Source of the DNA: an uncultured Clostridia bacterium
GTDB lineage: Bacteria > Bacillota > Clostridia > Christensenellales > CAG-138
NCBI GenBank assembly: GCA_946411635.1
Contig: CAMKES010000002.1
Location: 46,566-110,565 of the forward strand
DNA length: 64,000 nucleotides
Reading direction: 5' to 3'
Position 1 is the stretch's first letter, and every line of letters starts with the position of its first letter. Positions 62,296 to 64,000 of this stretch are shown piece by piece. The notes under the pieces are model-generated. The model was not told the origin of the DNA, did not search any database, and saw only the letters and a program-made list of their open reading frames with translations. A program made the translations under genes and the position numbers.

Positions 62296-64000
62296 TTACA
62301 GGTCGAACAGGGAGATCTGCTTGTTCTTCGGCATGTCGCCGAACGCGCCGCTGCTTTCGAGCATCGCGACGATGCCGGTGTTCGCGCCGGTCTCGTTTGC
62401 GAAATCCTCGATCGTGGGATACCTTACGCCCGGCTTTCTGCGCTCGCAGATCGCGATCGCCTGCCCCGCGCCCACGCCCGGGATCGCGTCGAACGGCGGA
62501 CGGAGCGCGTTGCCCTCGATCAGGAACTTCGTTGCGTCGGACTTGTAGATATCGACGGGCAGAAGCTCGATACCGCGCAGATTCATCTCGTACACGAGCT
62601 CGAGGATCGTGACAAGCTCCTTGTCCTTCTTCTTTTCGCTGTCGGTCTTCTGCGGGTTGCTGTCCTTCTCGATCGCTTCGATCTGTTTTTTCACCGCTTC
62701 GGGTCCGCCTGCGGCGCGCATGATGTCGAACGTGTCCGCGCGCACCGTGAAATAGACCGCGTAGAACGCCAGCGGATGATGGACCTTGTAGTATGCGATG
62801 CGGAACGACGACATCGAATACGCGACGGCGTGACCGCGCGGGAACATGTATTTGATCTTCTTGCACGAATCGATGAACCACGCGGGGATCGACCCATCGA
62901 CCATCGCCTGCTCCATTTCGTCGGTCAGGCCCTTGCCCTTGCGGACGCGTTCCATGATTTTGAACGACAGCGACGCTTCCATGCCGTGCGCGATCAGGTA
63001 ATTCATGATATCGTCGCGCGTACAGAGCACTTCGCTCAGCTTTGCGATGCCGCCCGTAACGAGCGGTTCGGCGTTGTTCAGCCAAACGTCCGTGCCGTGC
63101 GTCAGCCCCGCGATGCGGATCAGCTCCTCAAACGTCGTCGGGCGCGTGTTTTCAAGCACCTGCCGCACGAACCCCGTTCCGAACTCCGGCACGCCGAGCG
63201 TGCCGAGCGTGCAGCCGATCTCGCTGAGATCGATCTGCAGCGGTTCGACGGACGAGAACAGCCTGCGCGTGTCCGGATCGTCCAGCGGGATCGCGCGCGG
63301 ATTCAGTCCCGTCAGCGCCTCGAGCATATGCAGCGCCGTCGGATCGTCGTGTCCGAGGATGTCGAGCTTGACGAGGCGGTCGTCCATCGCATGGAAATCG
63401 AAGTGCGTGGTGATCGTATTCTTGTCGACCTTGTCCGCCGGATACTGGATCGGCGTATAGTCGTAGACCTCGGTGTATTCATCGTGATCGCGCGGCACGA
63501 TGACGATGCCGCCCGGATGCTGACCGGTCGTGACCTTCACGCCCTCGCAGCCCTTTTCCAGCCGCTGCACCTCCGCGCCGGAGAGCGTGCGGCCCGTGGC
63601 TTCCGCGAACGAGTAGACGCATTCGAACGCTTTTCGCTCCGCGAGACCGGAGATCGTGCCCGCGCGGAACGCGTGGCCCTTGCCGAACATCTCCTCGACG
63701 TATTTGTGCGCGACCGGCTGATATTCGCCGGAGAAATTCAGGTCGATATCGGGGACCTTGTCGCCCTTGAAGCCGAGGAAGACCTCGAACGGGATCTCAA
63801 AGCCCTCTTTTTTGAGCATCGTGCCGCAGACGGGACACGCGCGGTCCGGCATGTCGGCGCCGACGCTGTATTTCGAGCGGTCGACGTCAAAATCGGAAAA
63901 TCTGCATTTCGGGCAGACGTAGTGCGGCGAAAGCGCGTTGACCTCCGTAATGCCCGCGAGCATCGCGACGACCGACGATCCGACGGATCCGCGGCTGCCG
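62296..64000 (-). CDS. polC: DNA polymerase III PolC-type, C-terminal part (N-terminus outside window)
   Basis: HYVCPKCRFSDF Zn-finger insert, GHDDPT, HPGGIVIV, FPRGHAVAY, C-terminal HhH region. The frame stays open to the window end. Confidence 0.93.
   Translation of the reverse strand, partial: GSRGSVGSSVVAMLAGITEVNALSPHYVCPKCRFSDFDVDRSKYSVGADMPDRACPVCGTMLKKEGFEIPFEVFLGFKGDKVPDIDLNFSGEYQPVAHKYVEEMFGKGHAFRAGTISGLAERKAFECVYSFAEATGRTLSGAEVQRLEKGCEGVKVTTGQHPGGIVIVPRDHDEYTEVYDYTPIQYPADKVDKNTITTHFDFHAMDDRLVKLDILGHDDPTALHMLEALTGLNPRAIPLDDPDTRRLFSSVEPLQIDLSEIGCTLGTLGVPEFGTGFVRQVLENTRPTTFEELIRIAGLTHGTDVWLNNAEPLVTGGIAKLSEVLCTRDDIMNYLIAHGMEASLSFKIMERVRKGKGLTDEMEQAMVDGSIPAWFIDSCKKIKYMFPRGHAVAYSMSSFRIAYYKVHHPLAFYAVYFTVRADTFDIMRAAGGPEAVKKQIEAIEKDSNPQKTDSEKKKDKELVTILELVYEMNLRGIELLPVDIYKSDATKFLIEGNALRPPFDAIPGVGAGQAIAICERRKPGVRYPTIEDFANETGANTGIVAMLESSGAFGDMPKNKQISLFDL

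Overview
This is a high-G+C chromosomal segment of a spore-forming Clostridia-type Firmicute (60-nt lines I hand-counted give about 65% G+C). The taxon cannot be proven from sequence alone. The window is almost fully coding and mostly housekeeping. On the minus strand it carries recJ-rel-dtd-MBL hydrolase-hemZ, then a T-box-controlled hisS, then pta-ackA, gap, an XRE/cupin regulator with potABCD and an M42 peptidase, a gerA-type germinant receptor operon, rny, a feoA-feoA-feoB operon, and a partial polC. On the plus strand it carries tmcAL, fba, a ylbJ-like gene, a MATE pump, a PBP1A operon and a GntR regulator. The supplied ORF track is dominated by long Arg/Ala-rich antisense shadow ORFs, which is typical of high-GC DNA, and by over-extended N-termini. 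I trimmed starts to the ATG/GTG that sits behind a Shine-Dalgarno sequence. I added four features the track lacks: hisS, tRNA-Trp, a 56-codon ORF after gerC, and a frameshifted YD-repeat relic. I found no CRISPR array, rRNA, intact transposase or integrase, or recognisable defence system. The items most worth a second look are these. (1) An 18-bp palindrome, GGTTAGC-N4-GCTAACC, occurs five times in 1.3 kb around a DtxR-family regulator, the feo operon and a DUF3793-HMA operon. (2) An apparently leaderless operon encodes a phospholipase-C-like protein, a SLOG/YpsA-like protein, a membrane protein and PBP1A. (3) An operon links mscS to two paralogous Pro/Thr-linker surface proteins. (4) A low-GC island of about 5.7 kb abuts the 3' end of tRNA-Trp and has no recombinase. 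(5) A fourth small membrane ORF is translationally coupled to gerC. (6) In my hand fold, the hisS T-box specifier loop presents GAC overlapping CAU. (7) There is a rearrangement scar with a YD-repeat fragment next to polC. None of these is proven to be novel; each needs the database or experimental check stated with it.
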